Made by a program: the position numbers and the translations under genes
The notes under the pieces: model-generated
The model's database searches: none
What the model was told of the DNA's origin: nothing
What the model saw: the letters and a program-made list of their open reading frames with translations, nothing else
In this document: positions 51,935-61,192 of the stretch, piece by piece
Layout: the number at the start of each line of letters is the position of its first letter
How positions within the stretch are numbered: the first letter of the stretch is position 1
NCBI GenBank assembly: GCA_021794235.1
Contig: JAJYRE010000004.1
Span: forward strand, 10,920 to 74,919
Reading direction: 5' to 3'
DNA: 64,000 bases
Source of the DNA: Nanobdellota archaeon
Lineage (GTDB): Archaea; Nanobdellota; Nanobdellia; Parvarchaeales; Parvarchaeaceae

Positions 51935-54259
51935 ATGAGGGTAGAAGTTTTCCCATTGGATATAGATTATATAGTCATTGAAGGCAGGCCGGTTATACGG
52001 ATATTCGGGCTCACACAGGACGGAGACCGGAAGATATTATATGATAATAACTTCAGGCCTTACTGCTACGTGATGTCTGAGAAGCAGAAACTCGAAGGCG
52101 TGATAGGCAGTCTGCAGTTTGTAGACGGAATCGAAGAGGTAAAAAAACAACTCTTGGGCAAGGAATTAACAATGTCCAGAGTATTTACAAAACTGCCGGA
52201 GGATGTGCCTAAGATAAAACAGCTGAACCTTAGAACGTTCGAGGCCGACATCCCTTTTTACAAGCGATACATTCTGGACAAACAGATAGGTACATCAATA
52301 CGAACCACTTTCGAAGTGGATGGTGACAACATAACAGGTATAATCTCCGCCGAATCTGCAGCCCCTCCTTTGAGAGCGGTGGCTTTCGATATCGAAACGT
52401 TTTCCAGAAGGAACTTCTCCGATCCGAAGACCGACCCCATAGTTGCAATATCCGTAGTCGGGTATGACATCAAAAAGTGTATAACATGGCTGAACGCGGA
52501 GGGAGACGAAATAGTGCGTGTGAAGGACGAGGCGGAACTTCTGAGGGAATTCTCCAGAATGATATCAGAATCAAAGATCAACACCGTGATTGGATACAAC
52601 TCTGATACCTTCGACATGCCATACATCTACGATCGTGCCAGGCTTCTCGGCGTGAAAATGCAACTAAACGGATTTGATATAAAGATCAGAGGAGAAAAAA
52701 GAAAAGTTGCGGAAATAAACGGGACTGCCCATATAGACATCCTGAATTTCATACGGAATATATACGCTATATATAATCTGAAGACAGAGGTCCTCACCCT
52801 AAGAGAGGTTGCGAATGAGGTTCTCGGAGAGGCAAAAGGGGAATTTGACTGGAAAAAGGTTGATGATATCTTCAAGAGTCCTGAAACGGCCAAGGTGCTG
52901 TGCGACTACTGCATACAGGACTCGAATCTTACGTTCAGGTTGTATAACAAGTTGTCACCGCTGATTGTGGAGTTTAACAAACTCATAGGGCAGTCTATAT
53001 CGGACGTTTCCCGTATGACTACTGGCGCTGTTGTAGAATATCTGGTGATGAGGAGGGCGATAACGTCCGGAGAGGTCATACCAAACAAGCCTTCAGAGTT
53101 CGAGATAAATGGAAGGATGAAGCGGATAAATGTGGGCGGCTTCGTTTTTCAGCCGAAACCGGGGCTGTATGAGAACGTCGCCGTTGTTGACTTCAGGAGC
53201 CTTTATCCAAGCATAATAGTATCCTACAATATATGCCCGTCTACCATATCCGTGCACGGCGGGGAGCCGACCTTTCTTGATAAACAGGAGCGTGTAGGCC
53301 TTATACCGAAGGTTTTGAGCGAGGTGATAAGGTTAAGATTCGAAGCGAAGGACAGGCTAAAGCTGGAAAAGAAAAACCAGGAATTAAATGCGAGAGTCCT
53401 GGTTCTTAAACTGATAGCAAACGGTTTCTACGGTTATCTCGGTTATTTCAACTCGAGATGGTACTGCTTTGAGTGCGCGGGTTCAGTCACTTCACTCGGT
53501 AGAAAGTACGTTAAACAAGTGATCGATGATGCAACCGCATTGGGATTCGACGTAATATACGCCGACACGGACAGCGCATTCCTGCAGGGTTCCAAGATAA
53601 ACGACGAAAGTGTCAGAGCATTTTTGGAAAGTATAAACAAAACGCTTCCTAAGCCGATGGAGCTCGAACTCCAGGATGTATACACTCGCGCGATATTTGT
53701 AAGTTCGAAGGGCAGTGAGAAAGGCGCCAAGAAAAAATATGCCTTGTGTGACAGAGAAGGGAAGATAACGATAAAGGGGTTCCAGTCGGTGCGAAGGGAC
53801 TGGGCCATAGTCGCAAAGGATCTGCAAAAGGAAGTTCTGAAGCGGATACTGGTGAGTGCTGATGTAAAAGGCGCACTCGATTACGCAAAGAGCGTTGTAA
53901 CTGAAGTAAAGGGCGGAAACATGGACCTCGAGAAGTTGTCAATATATACCAGACTGCATAAGGACCTTGAATCCTACAGGCAGACCGGCAGGCACGTATC
54001 GGCGGCGGAAAGGAGTGGCATGAGCTTCTCGAGCGGCGATACAATAAAATATATAATAGCGAAGGGGAAACCAGGCGAGAGCATCTCTAGCAGATCAGTG
54101 CTTTTTGATATAGCCAAGAGCAACAGGATAAAGTACGATTCTACTTACTACATAGAGAACCAGATAATCCCGTCTGTAATACAGATATTCAAAGTGCTGG
54201 GTTACAGCGAATCCGACATAACAGGGACCGGATCAAATTCATTGTTTAGTTTCATGTGA
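51935..54259 (+). CDS. polB: Family B DNA polymerase
   Basis: 774 aa. Exo I FDIET, Exo II ..GYNSDTFDMPYI, Pol A DFRSLYPSII, Pol C YADTDS, KKKYA. Confidence 0.95.
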   Translation: MRVEVFPLDIDYIVIEGRPVIRIFGLTQDGDRKILYDNNFRPYCYVMSEKQKLEGVIGSLQFVDGIEEVKKQLLGKELTMSRVFTKLPEDVPKIKQLNLRTFEADIPFYKRYILDKQIGTSIRTTFEVDGDNITGIISAESAAPPLRAVAFDIETFSRRNFSDPKTDPIVAISVVGYDIKKCITWLNAEGDEIVRVKDEAELLREFSRMISESKINTVIGYNSDTFDMPYIYDRARLLGVKMQLNGFDIKIRGEKRKVAEINGTAHIDILNFIRNIYAIYNLKTEVLTLREVANEVLGEAKGEFDWKKVDDIFKSPETAKVLCDYCIQDSNLTFRLYNKLSPLIVEFNKLIGQSISDVSRMTTGAVVEYLVMRRAITSGEVIPNKPSEFEINGRMKRINVGGFVFQPKPGLYENVAVVDFRSLYPSIIVSYNICPSTISVHGGEPTFLDKQERVGLIPKVLSEVIRLRFEAKDRLKLEKKNQELNARVLVLKLIANGFYGYLGYFNSRWYCFECAGSVTSLGRKYVKQVIDDATALGFDVIYADTDSAFLQGSKINDESVRAFLESINKTLPKPMELELQDVYTRAIFVSSKGSEKGAKKKYALCDREGKITIKGFQSVRRDWAIVAKDLQKEVLKRILVSADVKGALDYAKSVVTEVKGGNMDLEKLSIYTRLHKDLESYRQTGRHVSAAERSGMSFSSGDTIKYIIAKGKPGESISSRSVLFDIAKSNRIKYDSTYYIENQIIPSVIQIFKVLGYSESDITGTGSNSLFSFM

Positions 54260-54313
54260 AGCGTGATGCTAAATTAATTAAAGATGTGAGTATATTAGTT
54301 ATAACTCGATAGC

Positions 54314-55204
54314 ATGGAAAAAGACGAAAGGGACAAATGGCTGGAGGCCGGGAGAGTCGGTAAAGAAATAAGGGAGTACGGAATCTCTCTCGCAAAGCCC
54401 GGCGTACCGATACTTGATATAGCAAGGGAGATAGAGAAGAAAACCAGTGAGATGGGTGCTAAGACCGCTTTTCCCCCCAATCTTTCAATTAACACAATAG
54501 CTGCGCATTATACACCAAAGGCGGGGGATACAATATTACTGTCAAAGGGCGATATTCTAAAGATCGACGTTGGTGCGAGCATAGACGGTTATTTATCCGA
54601 TACGGCAGCTACGCTGGTGGTGGGTGAAAGTGAAAATCCACTGTGCAGAGCTGCAAGAGAGGCACTGGAAAAAGCAATAGAGCAGGTGAAGCCGGGCGCT
54701 CCGATAGACAACATAAGCAGAGTCATAGAGCAGGTCATACGCGATGCAGGGTTCTCTCCCATATCAAACTTGGGCGGGCACGGAGTGGGAAAGTACGATC
54801 TGCACGAGTCGGGTTTTATACCGAACATCGGAGGGCATTCAAGTGGAATGATAAAACGCGATGGGGTAATAGCGATAGAGCCATTCGCAACCACCGGAAA
54901 CGGATATGTAACCGAGAGTTCGGAGATACAGATACTCGCTTTCAAGGATGATAAACCCGTCAGGAGCAAACTGGGGCGCGACATACTGGAATTCGTAAAG
55001 AAGGAATATAATGAGCTTCCGTTCGCAAAGAGATGGATAGTAGAAAAGTTCGGGAAGTTGTCTGAGCTGGAGCTAAAGACGCTTGTAAGGAGCGGCGCGA
55101 TGATGGAGTTCAACGTTCTGCGTGAAGAATCCGGAGGACTTGTCTCGCAGTTCGAGCATTCCATACTTATAGACGGCGATGAGGTCATAGTAACTACAAG
55201 ATGA
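54314..55204 (+). CDS. map: Methionine aminopeptidase, type 2
   Basis: 296 aa. ..FPPNLSINTIAAHYTP...LKIDVGASIDGYLSDTA...GHGVG.Y.LHE.. and ..FEHSILI. Confidence 0.9.
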   Translation: MEKDERDKWLEAGRVGKEIREYGISLAKPGVPILDIAREIEKKTSEMGAKTAFPPNLSINTIAAHYTPKAGDTILLSKGDILKIDVGASIDGYLSDTAATLVVGESENPLCRAAREALEKAIEQVKPGAPIDNISRVIEQVIRDAGFSPISNLGGHGVGKYDLHESGFIPNIGGHSSGMIKRDGVIAIEPFATTGNGYVTESSEIQILAFKDDKPVRSKLGRDILEFVKKEYNELPFAKRWIVEKFGKLSELELKTLVRSGAMMEFNVLREESGGLVSQFEHSILIDGDEVIVTTR

Positions 55205-55205
55205 T

Positions 55206-56204
55206 ATGGGAGTAAAGCTGAATACTCTTGTAAAAGGGACGCCGTTACAGATGAAGGATCTAGGCGGCAGGACGATCGCCATAGACGCTTTCAACTGGAT
55301 ATTTCAGTTTCTAACGACGATAAGACTTGCCGACGGCTCCTACCTCACCGACAAGCAGGGGAGGATAACGACCCATCTGAACGGCCTTTTCTACAGGTCC
55401 CTGAGTCTTCTCACAAACAAGATAACTCCGGTATATGTATTCGACGGCAAAGCACCAAAATTCAAGAAGAAGACGCTGGAAGAGAGGCACAGGATCAAAT
55501 CAGAAGCCATGGAGCTGTCTAAGACTGCGAAGACCATTGAAGAAAAGACGATGTACCTTAGGAGAACGGCGGAGATAGACTCGTACATAATAGACTCATC
55601 CATAGAGCTCCTTAATCTGATGGGGATTAGGACGATAAAGGCACCGGCAGAGGGTGAGGCACAGGCTGCAAGACTGAATGCAAATGGTCTGGTCTACGCA
55701 GTCGCCTCCCAGGATTATGACACTATACTCTTCGGTGCAAACAGAATCGTAAGGAACCTCAACATAACTAACAGGAAGAAGGTAACAGGCAAAGGTATAT
55801 CGACTACGGTGAGTCCTGAACTGATAGAGGCGAAGAAATTTTTCTCAGAAACAGGACTTGACCGCGAGAAAGCAATACTGATAGCGATGATGGTAGGTAC
55901 GGACTACAACAAGGGTGTAATGGGGATAGGTCCGAAAAAAGCCCTGAAAATCGTAAAGGAAGAGACGAGGGAGCAGATACTATCCAAGTATGATTTTAGA
56001 ACAGAGAATGATGTGAATGAAGTATACAATTACTTCATATCACCGAACGTTGTGGACTACAAGGAGCTCTCGAATCAGCTTAATCTGGATAAAGAAAAAG
56101 TCTTAAGGTTTTTGTGTGACGAGCACGGTTTCGACAGGGAGAGGATGAGCCAGTCGCTTGAAAAGATAGATACCAAGAGTTCCTCGCTTTTGCAATATGG
56201 ATAA
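55206..56204 (+). CDS. fen: Flap endonuclease 1
   Basis: 332 aa. MGVKL..L........L.GRTIAIDAFNWIFQFL, VYVFDGKAP.FK, APAEGEAQAA, QDYDTILFG. Confidence 0.95.
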   Translation: MGVKLNTLVKGTPLQMKDLGGRTIAIDAFNWIFQFLTTIRLADGSYLTDKQGRITTHLNGLFYRSLSLLTNKITPVYVFDGKAPKFKKKTLEERHRIKSEAMELSKTAKTIEEKTMYLRRTAEIDSYIIDSSIELLNLMGIRTIKAPAEGEAQAARLNANGLVYAVASQDYDTILFGANRIVRNLNITNRKKVTGKGISTTVSPELIEAKKFFSETGLDREKAILIAMMVGTDYNKGVMGIGPKKALKIVKEETREQILSKYDFRTENDVNEVYNYFISPNVVDYKELSNQLNLDKEKVLRFLCDEHGFDRERMSQSLEKIDTKSSSLLQYG

Positions 56205-56469
56205 CATCGAAGAGCGTTTTTTGGGCGAGAAAAAGCTAATGGACAATGTCTTCGCCTCCCTTATCAAGAAATCTGAGGATAAACAAGCTGTCGAATTCTT
56301 TGACATGTCCTTTAATTATTACAAAGATGCTCAGTTTTTCTATGAAAAGGGAGATTTTGTAAGGGCCTATGAAGGCATAGTAATAAGCTGGAGCTATATA
56401 GACGCTGGACTTAAAGTGGGGTTTTTCGGGCTTCCAAACGACCTTTTGCCATACTTTACTCTTGAGTAG
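56197..56469 (+). CDS. DUF357-like small protein
   Basis: 90 aa. ..YYKDAQFFYEKGDFVRAYEGIVISWSYIDAGLKVGFF matches my recollection of the DUF357 core. 8-nt overlap with fen. Confidence 0.55.
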   Translation: MDNIEERFLGEKKLMDNVFASLIKKSEDKQAVEFFDMSFNYYKDAQFFYEKGDFVRAYEGIVISWSYIDAGLKVGFFGLPNDLLPYFTLE

Positions 56470-56505
56470 AAATATTTATATACTTTAAGGTAATAAATAT
56501 CTAAT

Positions 56506-57714
56506 ATGGCAGACAATAGGGAGAAAATACCTGCAGTCGTTATATTGATGATAATGCTGATAAGTTCGGTGGTCATCTATATATTACTGGTACCTCCGCC
56601 CGTCGCCTATAAGCTCCTGGGGATAAACAATACTACTACCTCGCCCGGTTTTACCGTCCCCGCCGGAGCTTTTTTCAAGAACATTAGCACGTACATAGGA
56701 GGATATCCCAATCCGCAGCTGCAGAACTACCCTATAGGAACATTCGGGGTTTCGTACACGCAGAAAAACTACACTGTCTTCAGCAAAAAATCACTGGCCG
56801 TATCATCTTCATTATTCGGTTCGTCCTCTTACAACCTGTTCTTCAACAATACGCCCTCCGATACGTACTATCTTCTGATGAACGTCGGATCCGTTTCCGG
56901 ATCTCCAAAACTCGCGGTATCGGTTAACGGCAGCCAGATATACAGCGTTCTACCGACAACCAATGAGAGCATAGCAATAAAGCTTCCGTCAGTAGACAGC
57001 GAAAAGGCACTGTTATCGGTGACTAATTACCTAAACGGATTTGCGTTTTCACAGTCATTCACACTCGACAACGTTAAACTCGTAAAGCAGATTGGAAACA
57101 GCTCAAATATGACGAGCGCTGTCAAAGTTATGACATTCAGCGGAATAGGAGACTACTATCTTAATTATACACCCCTCGGATCCGGTAATATGAGCGTTTA
57201 CATAAACGGAATCGAGGTGTCCAGCATAAGCGGCACCAACACAAAAACAACCAGCGTAACCATCCCGCCTAGTGTGATAGCGAGTGCGGTGCGCGCTGCC
57301 GGTTCGTCTCAGGATTCCACAGTGCTTCCACTGACTTTCAACGTCAGTTTCGAACCTGGAAAGCAGGCCTCCTATGAGATAGCAAACGCGGGAGTATCAT
57401 ACCAAATACCGAGCATAGCAGGCAACAAAATATCATTATATTACAATGTAAGTTCAACCGCCAGCAACTATGCGATGGTCCTAGATGTTGCTAGTATAAT
57501 CAACAGCGGAAATCTTACCATCACTATAAACCCCTCTGGTTTTTCGACCGAGATACCCGCCGACAAATTGGCAGTGGGTCAGAACGCAGTAATCCTATCG
57601 CCTTCGGATCTGGGTGGAAACAGTCAGAATGGAGCATTTACGGGAACCGTGACGCTATCGTCAAACGGGCTTATAATTCCAGAATCAATAACCATCAAGC
57701 CAGTCAGCTCTTAG
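56506..57714 (+). CDS. Surface cluster protein 1: N-terminal anchor helix plus three internal repeats, sequon-rich
   Basis: 402 aa. N-terminus MADNREKIPAVVILMIMLISSVVIYILLV. Three modules recur around YYLLMNVGSVSGSPKLAVSVNG / YYLNYTPLGSGNMSVYINGI / YAMVLDVASIINSGNLTITIN. Many N-x-S/T sequons. Confidence 0.5.
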   Translation: MADNREKIPAVVILMIMLISSVVIYILLVPPPVAYKLLGINNTTTSPGFTVPAGAFFKNISTYIGGYPNPQLQNYPIGTFGVSYTQKNYTVFSKKSLAVSSSLFGSSSYNLFFNNTPSDTYYLLMNVGSVSGSPKLAVSVNGSQIYSVLPTTNESIAIKLPSVDSEKALLSVTNYLNGFAFSQSFTLDNVKLVKQIGNSSNMTSAVKVMTFSGIGDYYLNYTPLGSGNMSVYINGIEVSSISGTNTKTTSVTIPPSVIASAVRAAGSSQDSTVLPLTFNVSFEPGKQASYEIANAGVSYQIPSIAGNKISLYYNVSSTASNYAMVLDVASIINSGNLTITINPSGFSTEIPADKLAVGQNAVILSPSDLGGNSQNGAFTGTVTLSSNGLIIPESITIKPVSS

Positions 57715-57752
57715 CTATAATGTATATAAGTCGGGCTAAATTATAATCAAAT

Positions 57753-59273
57753 ATGAGCGATTCAAACGGTGGAAATCAGGGCCCTCAGCAGCAACCATCG
57801 GGCCAGATTAAGCCGACTTCTAAAGATAGATTGGGGAAGCTCTTCAATAAACGCGGCAAATATGTATGTCCTACGTGCGGCCAGGCTTTCAAAAAGAAAT
57901 CAGATCTCCTTGACCACAGACTGACAGTTCACGGAACTGACAAATCTGCGGCAGCTCTCCTATACATGAACAAAGGTTATCTAAAAAAGCATCCAGAGCT
58001 TAACCCCGCCTACAATGGCAGCAACTTCATGATGGAGCAGCAGTACAAGAAAATGATGAAAAGAAGGCTGTTTGATCCGGACAAAACAGTGTACACAGCA
58101 AAGAAATACTCAGTGGTAATTGCTGCGTTAGCCATTATAATAATACCAATACTGATATACTGGTTTGTTTATGGGCAGAACAGCGCTTCTGCACAGTACT
58201 TTAATACTTACTATGGTGCGTCCTTTAAACCAGTAACGGGGTTAATATCATCCATAGAGAACTCTCTTCTTACGGGTATAGAGGTGATACAGAACCCCTA
58301 CAATATAGGGGGGACCGCGCCACCACCAACGATAAACACCACACAAACATTCAAGCAATTCCTTGTTTTGACTGCAGTACCCAATCAGGTTATAACCATG
58401 ACCAATAACCCGCAGTTGTCAACGATTTTATATTCAATAAAGGACAATGCTAACGTGCCGCTCGGTTCCGGAACCCCTAACAACGTGCTGGTATCACTTT
58501 CATGCGGCAGCACGGTTTCGCAGCAGTCTGCCAAAGTGTGCCAGGATATGCTATCGAACTTTACTTCACCAGTACATGCTTCATCACCTCCTGTCATAAC
58601 AAATTTGCCCCTGATAAGCGAGATACTTCCCAGTGAGACTATAGACAACTCCACCTCGTTCTATCTCAACTGTCCGTTAGCAAAGACAACTTTCCCTACG
58701 GGTGCGACCGTGTTGGGCAACTTTACAATTAAAAATTATACCGCTGCTACAATTCTGCCAATCGAATTTGTATCGTACAACTTTAACCAGAAACTGCTAC
58801 AGGCTTCGCAACCGGTGCTTCCTTCGGTTCCCTCGGTGAACTTCGTCACACCCGGTCCGATACAGGTGGAGCTCAGTGTGCCCGTTCAGCAACCAATTTC
58901 GACCCAGGTAGAATCCGTACCGATAAACGTAAAGATAAATGATATAGGGACAGGTTCGCCGAACATATCCACTCTTGTTCTTTTCGTAAGCAAACAGTTC
59001 TATCCAAGCAACCCAACGAATGGGCAGTGGACGTGCACCAACTCATTCCCATTTAACAGGGGGGGATTCCAGTTCCCAGGAAGCGGCTATTGGGCGTGTA
59101 CTCTACCGGCTTCTCAGCTAAAGGGTACAACCTCATTCATATTTTCTCTGCCGCATGTGGCCACGCTCGGCGGGCTGCACTTCAATACTATGTCGGTGAT
59201 AGCAGGAGTGGTTTACAATTATAACGAACTGTTGAATATACCATTCATAATCGATAACGAGACCTGTACGTGA
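57753..59273 (+). CDS. Surface cluster protein 2: cytoplasmic C2H2 zinc finger, single TM, large sequon-rich ectodomain
   Basis: 506 aa. Residues 37-60 are YVCPTCGQAFKKKSDLLDHRLTVH (C-x2-C-x12-H-x4-H with the conserved F and L). The TM is VVIAALAIIIIPILIYWFVY at about residues 120-140, preceded by KKMMKRR..KK. The rest is Ser/Thr/Pro/Asn rich. Confidence 0.6.
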   Translation: MSDSNGGNQGPQQQPSGQIKPTSKDRLGKLFNKRGKYVCPTCGQAFKKKSDLLDHRLTVHGTDKSAAALLYMNKGYLKKHPELNPAYNGSNFMMEQQYKKMMKRRLFDPDKTVYTAKKYSVVIAALAIIIIPILIYWFVYGQNSASAQYFNTYYGASFKPVTGLISSIENSLLTGIEVIQNPYNIGGTAPPPTINTTQTFKQFLVLTAVPNQVITMTNNPQLSTILYSIKDNANVPLGSGTPNNVLVSLSCGSTVSQQSAKVCQDMLSNFTSPVHASSPPVITNLPLISEILPSETIDNSTSFYLNCPLAKTTFPTGATVLGNFTIKNYTAATILPIEFVSYNFNQKLLQASQPVLPSVPSVNFVTPGPIQVELSVPVQQPISTQVESVPINVKINDIGTGSPNISTLVLFVSKQFYPSNPTNGQWTCTNSFPFNRGGFQFPGSGYWACTLPASQLKGTTSFIFSLPHVATLGGLHFNTMSVIAGVVYNYNELLNIPFIIDNETCT

Positions 59274-59278
59274 TTTAT

Positions 59279-60211
59279 ATGAACATGAAAAACTTTAACA
59301 ATAAAGGAGCTGGCACATTCTCCGTCCTGGTGATAATAGGATTTATAGTAGTGATATTCTTCATGTGGCCATCTATAGGTCCATACTTAGGGATAACTCC
59401 TATCAAAACTACTACAGTTCCTCCTACAGAGGGGGTTGTTGCAAGCGGTATAACATATCCGTCCAGCATTACGCCCCAGTCAACATTCGGCGTAAGTTTC
59501 CTGCTTCAGAACAATCTCAATGGAAAGGTAGCTTCGGATATACACTTATGTCTGGATAATATGGGGTTGTTTACACTATCCAGCGGAAATAGGTGCCTTA
59601 CAGTGCCTTCACTTTTCGCAGGAGGCGTGCTGTCAGAATCGTACACACTCAATTCTCCCCCCGTGTCGGCTTATGGGAACATACCCTATGTGCAGACTCT
59701 GGGATATTACATAAACTTCTCATACGCATCCAGTTCTGTGCAGAGCCTCCAGTTTGTATCATCAAACCCTTCGGGAACCATCCCCTTCCCGCAGACAAAT
59801 TCCTTTGATACTACAGCAGGGCCCCTGAGTATAACCAGTTCCGCGCAGCAGCCGGTAGTCTACGGGCAGGACGCACAGCTTAATCTGAACCTGAAGAACG
59901 TAGGAAACGGCATAGTCATTGGACTTGTGAACATAGTCATCTCCATGAACAGCTCGCTGATAAATATGACATCTGCAAGCAACTATGGATTCGTTCCGAC
60001 AACCTACGCCAACGGCACAGTGGCGTTCAGCGCTTCTAGGTATCTCGGTCAGACCGGTCTTTCTCTGATTCTACCTGTAGTGCTTAATTCAAAAGAAGAG
60101 TCAAAGCTTTCCACATCAGGCGTACCGTACATAACATCCAACATAAACTTCCACATATCATACGCCTACGAAGAGGACGGGTTTTTCGACATAAAGCTGC
60201 TTACGCAGTAA
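59279..60211 (+). CDS. Surface cluster protein 3: pilin-like signal plus two beta-rich domains
   Basis: About 310 aa. N-terminus MNMKNFNNKG|AGTFSVLVIIGFIVVIFF. Contains ..AQLNLNLKNVGNG.., reminiscent of CARDB/Ig-like strands. The track ORF starts at a GTG at 59270, overlapping the previous stop. Confidence 0.5.
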   Translation: MNMKNFNNKGAGTFSVLVIIGFIVVIFFMWPSIGPYLGITPIKTTTVPPTEGVVASGITYPSSITPQSTFGVSFLLQNNLNGKVASDIHLCLDNMGLFTLSSGNRCLTVPSLFAGGVLSESYTLNSPPVSAYGNIPYVQTLGYYINFSYASSSVQSLQFVSSNPSGTIPFPQTNSFDTTAGPLSITSSAQQPVVYGQDAQLNLNLKNVGNGIVIGLVNIVISMNSSLINMTSASNYGFVPTTYANGTVAFSASRYLGQTGLSLILPVVLNSKEESKLSTSGVPYITSNINFHISYAYEEDGFFDIKLLTQ

Positions 60212-60252
60212 CTTGTCGAAGATTTATATAGAAACCACTCATTATCAATTAT

Positions 60253-61191
60253 ATGACTTATTTTGGTAGCAGAGGCGCCAACAACACCACGATATTCGGT
60301 GTGATAGCGATCCTGGTAATCATTGTAGTAGTCTATACTATGAATTCGGGAGCACTGAATCTTTTCGGACCTTCCGGGCTCAGTGCCAATACATTCAGCG
60401 TCTCGTCAAATTTGTCTTCCAGCAGCATACTTCAGGGGTATTCAGGCCAGCTTTTCTTCAGTTTCTTAAATCCGTACAATGAATCCATAGACGCCAGAAT
60501 CAACCTTACCACCGTAGATTCAAGTTTCATAAACATACCAGACCCTTCAAGAGCTGTCCTGATGCCCTCCGCAATGAAGTCTTCATCCTCCATCGTCTTT
60601 AATGTGTCCTGCATCGGCAGCGGTCAGTCATCGTATGCTCTGTCGGCTGAAATCCCAAACTTTTGGCAGAACCTGACAACCTCGGTAGTTACGTACCCGT
60701 ATAGGACCAGCTCATCACAGGTTCCGAAGGAGGTTTACAACAATCCCAATGCTGGATTCCTTAAAGTATCAGCGCAGCCTCTTTTGATAGAGACGCAGAC
60801 TTCCACAGTGCCACTTCAGCAGTCCATGAATATTGTGTTTTCTTCGACTACTTTCAATGGCTATCAGAGCGGACCATACACTGCAATATCTTTAGGATCT
60901 CCAAATAACTACATAAGCGAAATTCTGGTGTCAATAGACAACTCCTCTTCAGGAGGGATAAAGTCTGCTTTTGTTTATTACAACGGGAACTCATATCCTC
61001 TTACCCAAGTGTCCCCTGGCATTCTAGGCGCTGAATTGAAGGATGCGTACGTTCCGCTGATAGAGCCTTCCATACCTATAATAATAACCGCTGTAAATTC
61101 ACAGACGGCTTCACAGGAAATAGTAAATATAGCCATTAAATACAATTACTATTTCTCATATACAGGTCCTTCGGAGATAGTGTGTCAGTAA
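60253..61191 (+). CDS. Surface cluster protein 4: pilin-like signal plus two beta-rich domains
   Basis: 312 aa. N-terminus MTYFGSRG|ANNTTIFGVIAILVIIVVV. Size and motif layout parallel protein 3. Confidence 0.5.
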   Translation: MTYFGSRGANNTTIFGVIAILVIIVVVYTMNSGALNLFGPSGLSANTFSVSSNLSSSSILQGYSGQLFFSFLNPYNESIDARINLTTVDSSFINIPDPSRAVLMPSAMKSSSSIVFNVSCIGSGQSSYALSAEIPNFWQNLTTSVVTYPYRTSSSQVPKEVYNNPNAGFLKVSAQPLLIETQTSTVPLQQSMNIVFSSTTFNGYQSGPYTAISLGSPNNYISEILVSIDNSSSGGIKSAFVYYNGNSYPLTQVSPGILGAELKDAYVPLIEPSIPIIITAVNSQTASQEIVNIAIKYNYYFSYTGPSEIVCQ

Positions 61192-61192
61192 T

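Noticed and set aside
54589-55188. 199-aa minus-strand ORF inside the methionine aminopeptidase gene
   Set aside because: It is an antisense shadow of a conserved CDS with a Ser-rich, low-complexity translation. The same reasoning applies to 9289-9882, 28569-29135, 15797-16306 and 16699-17130.
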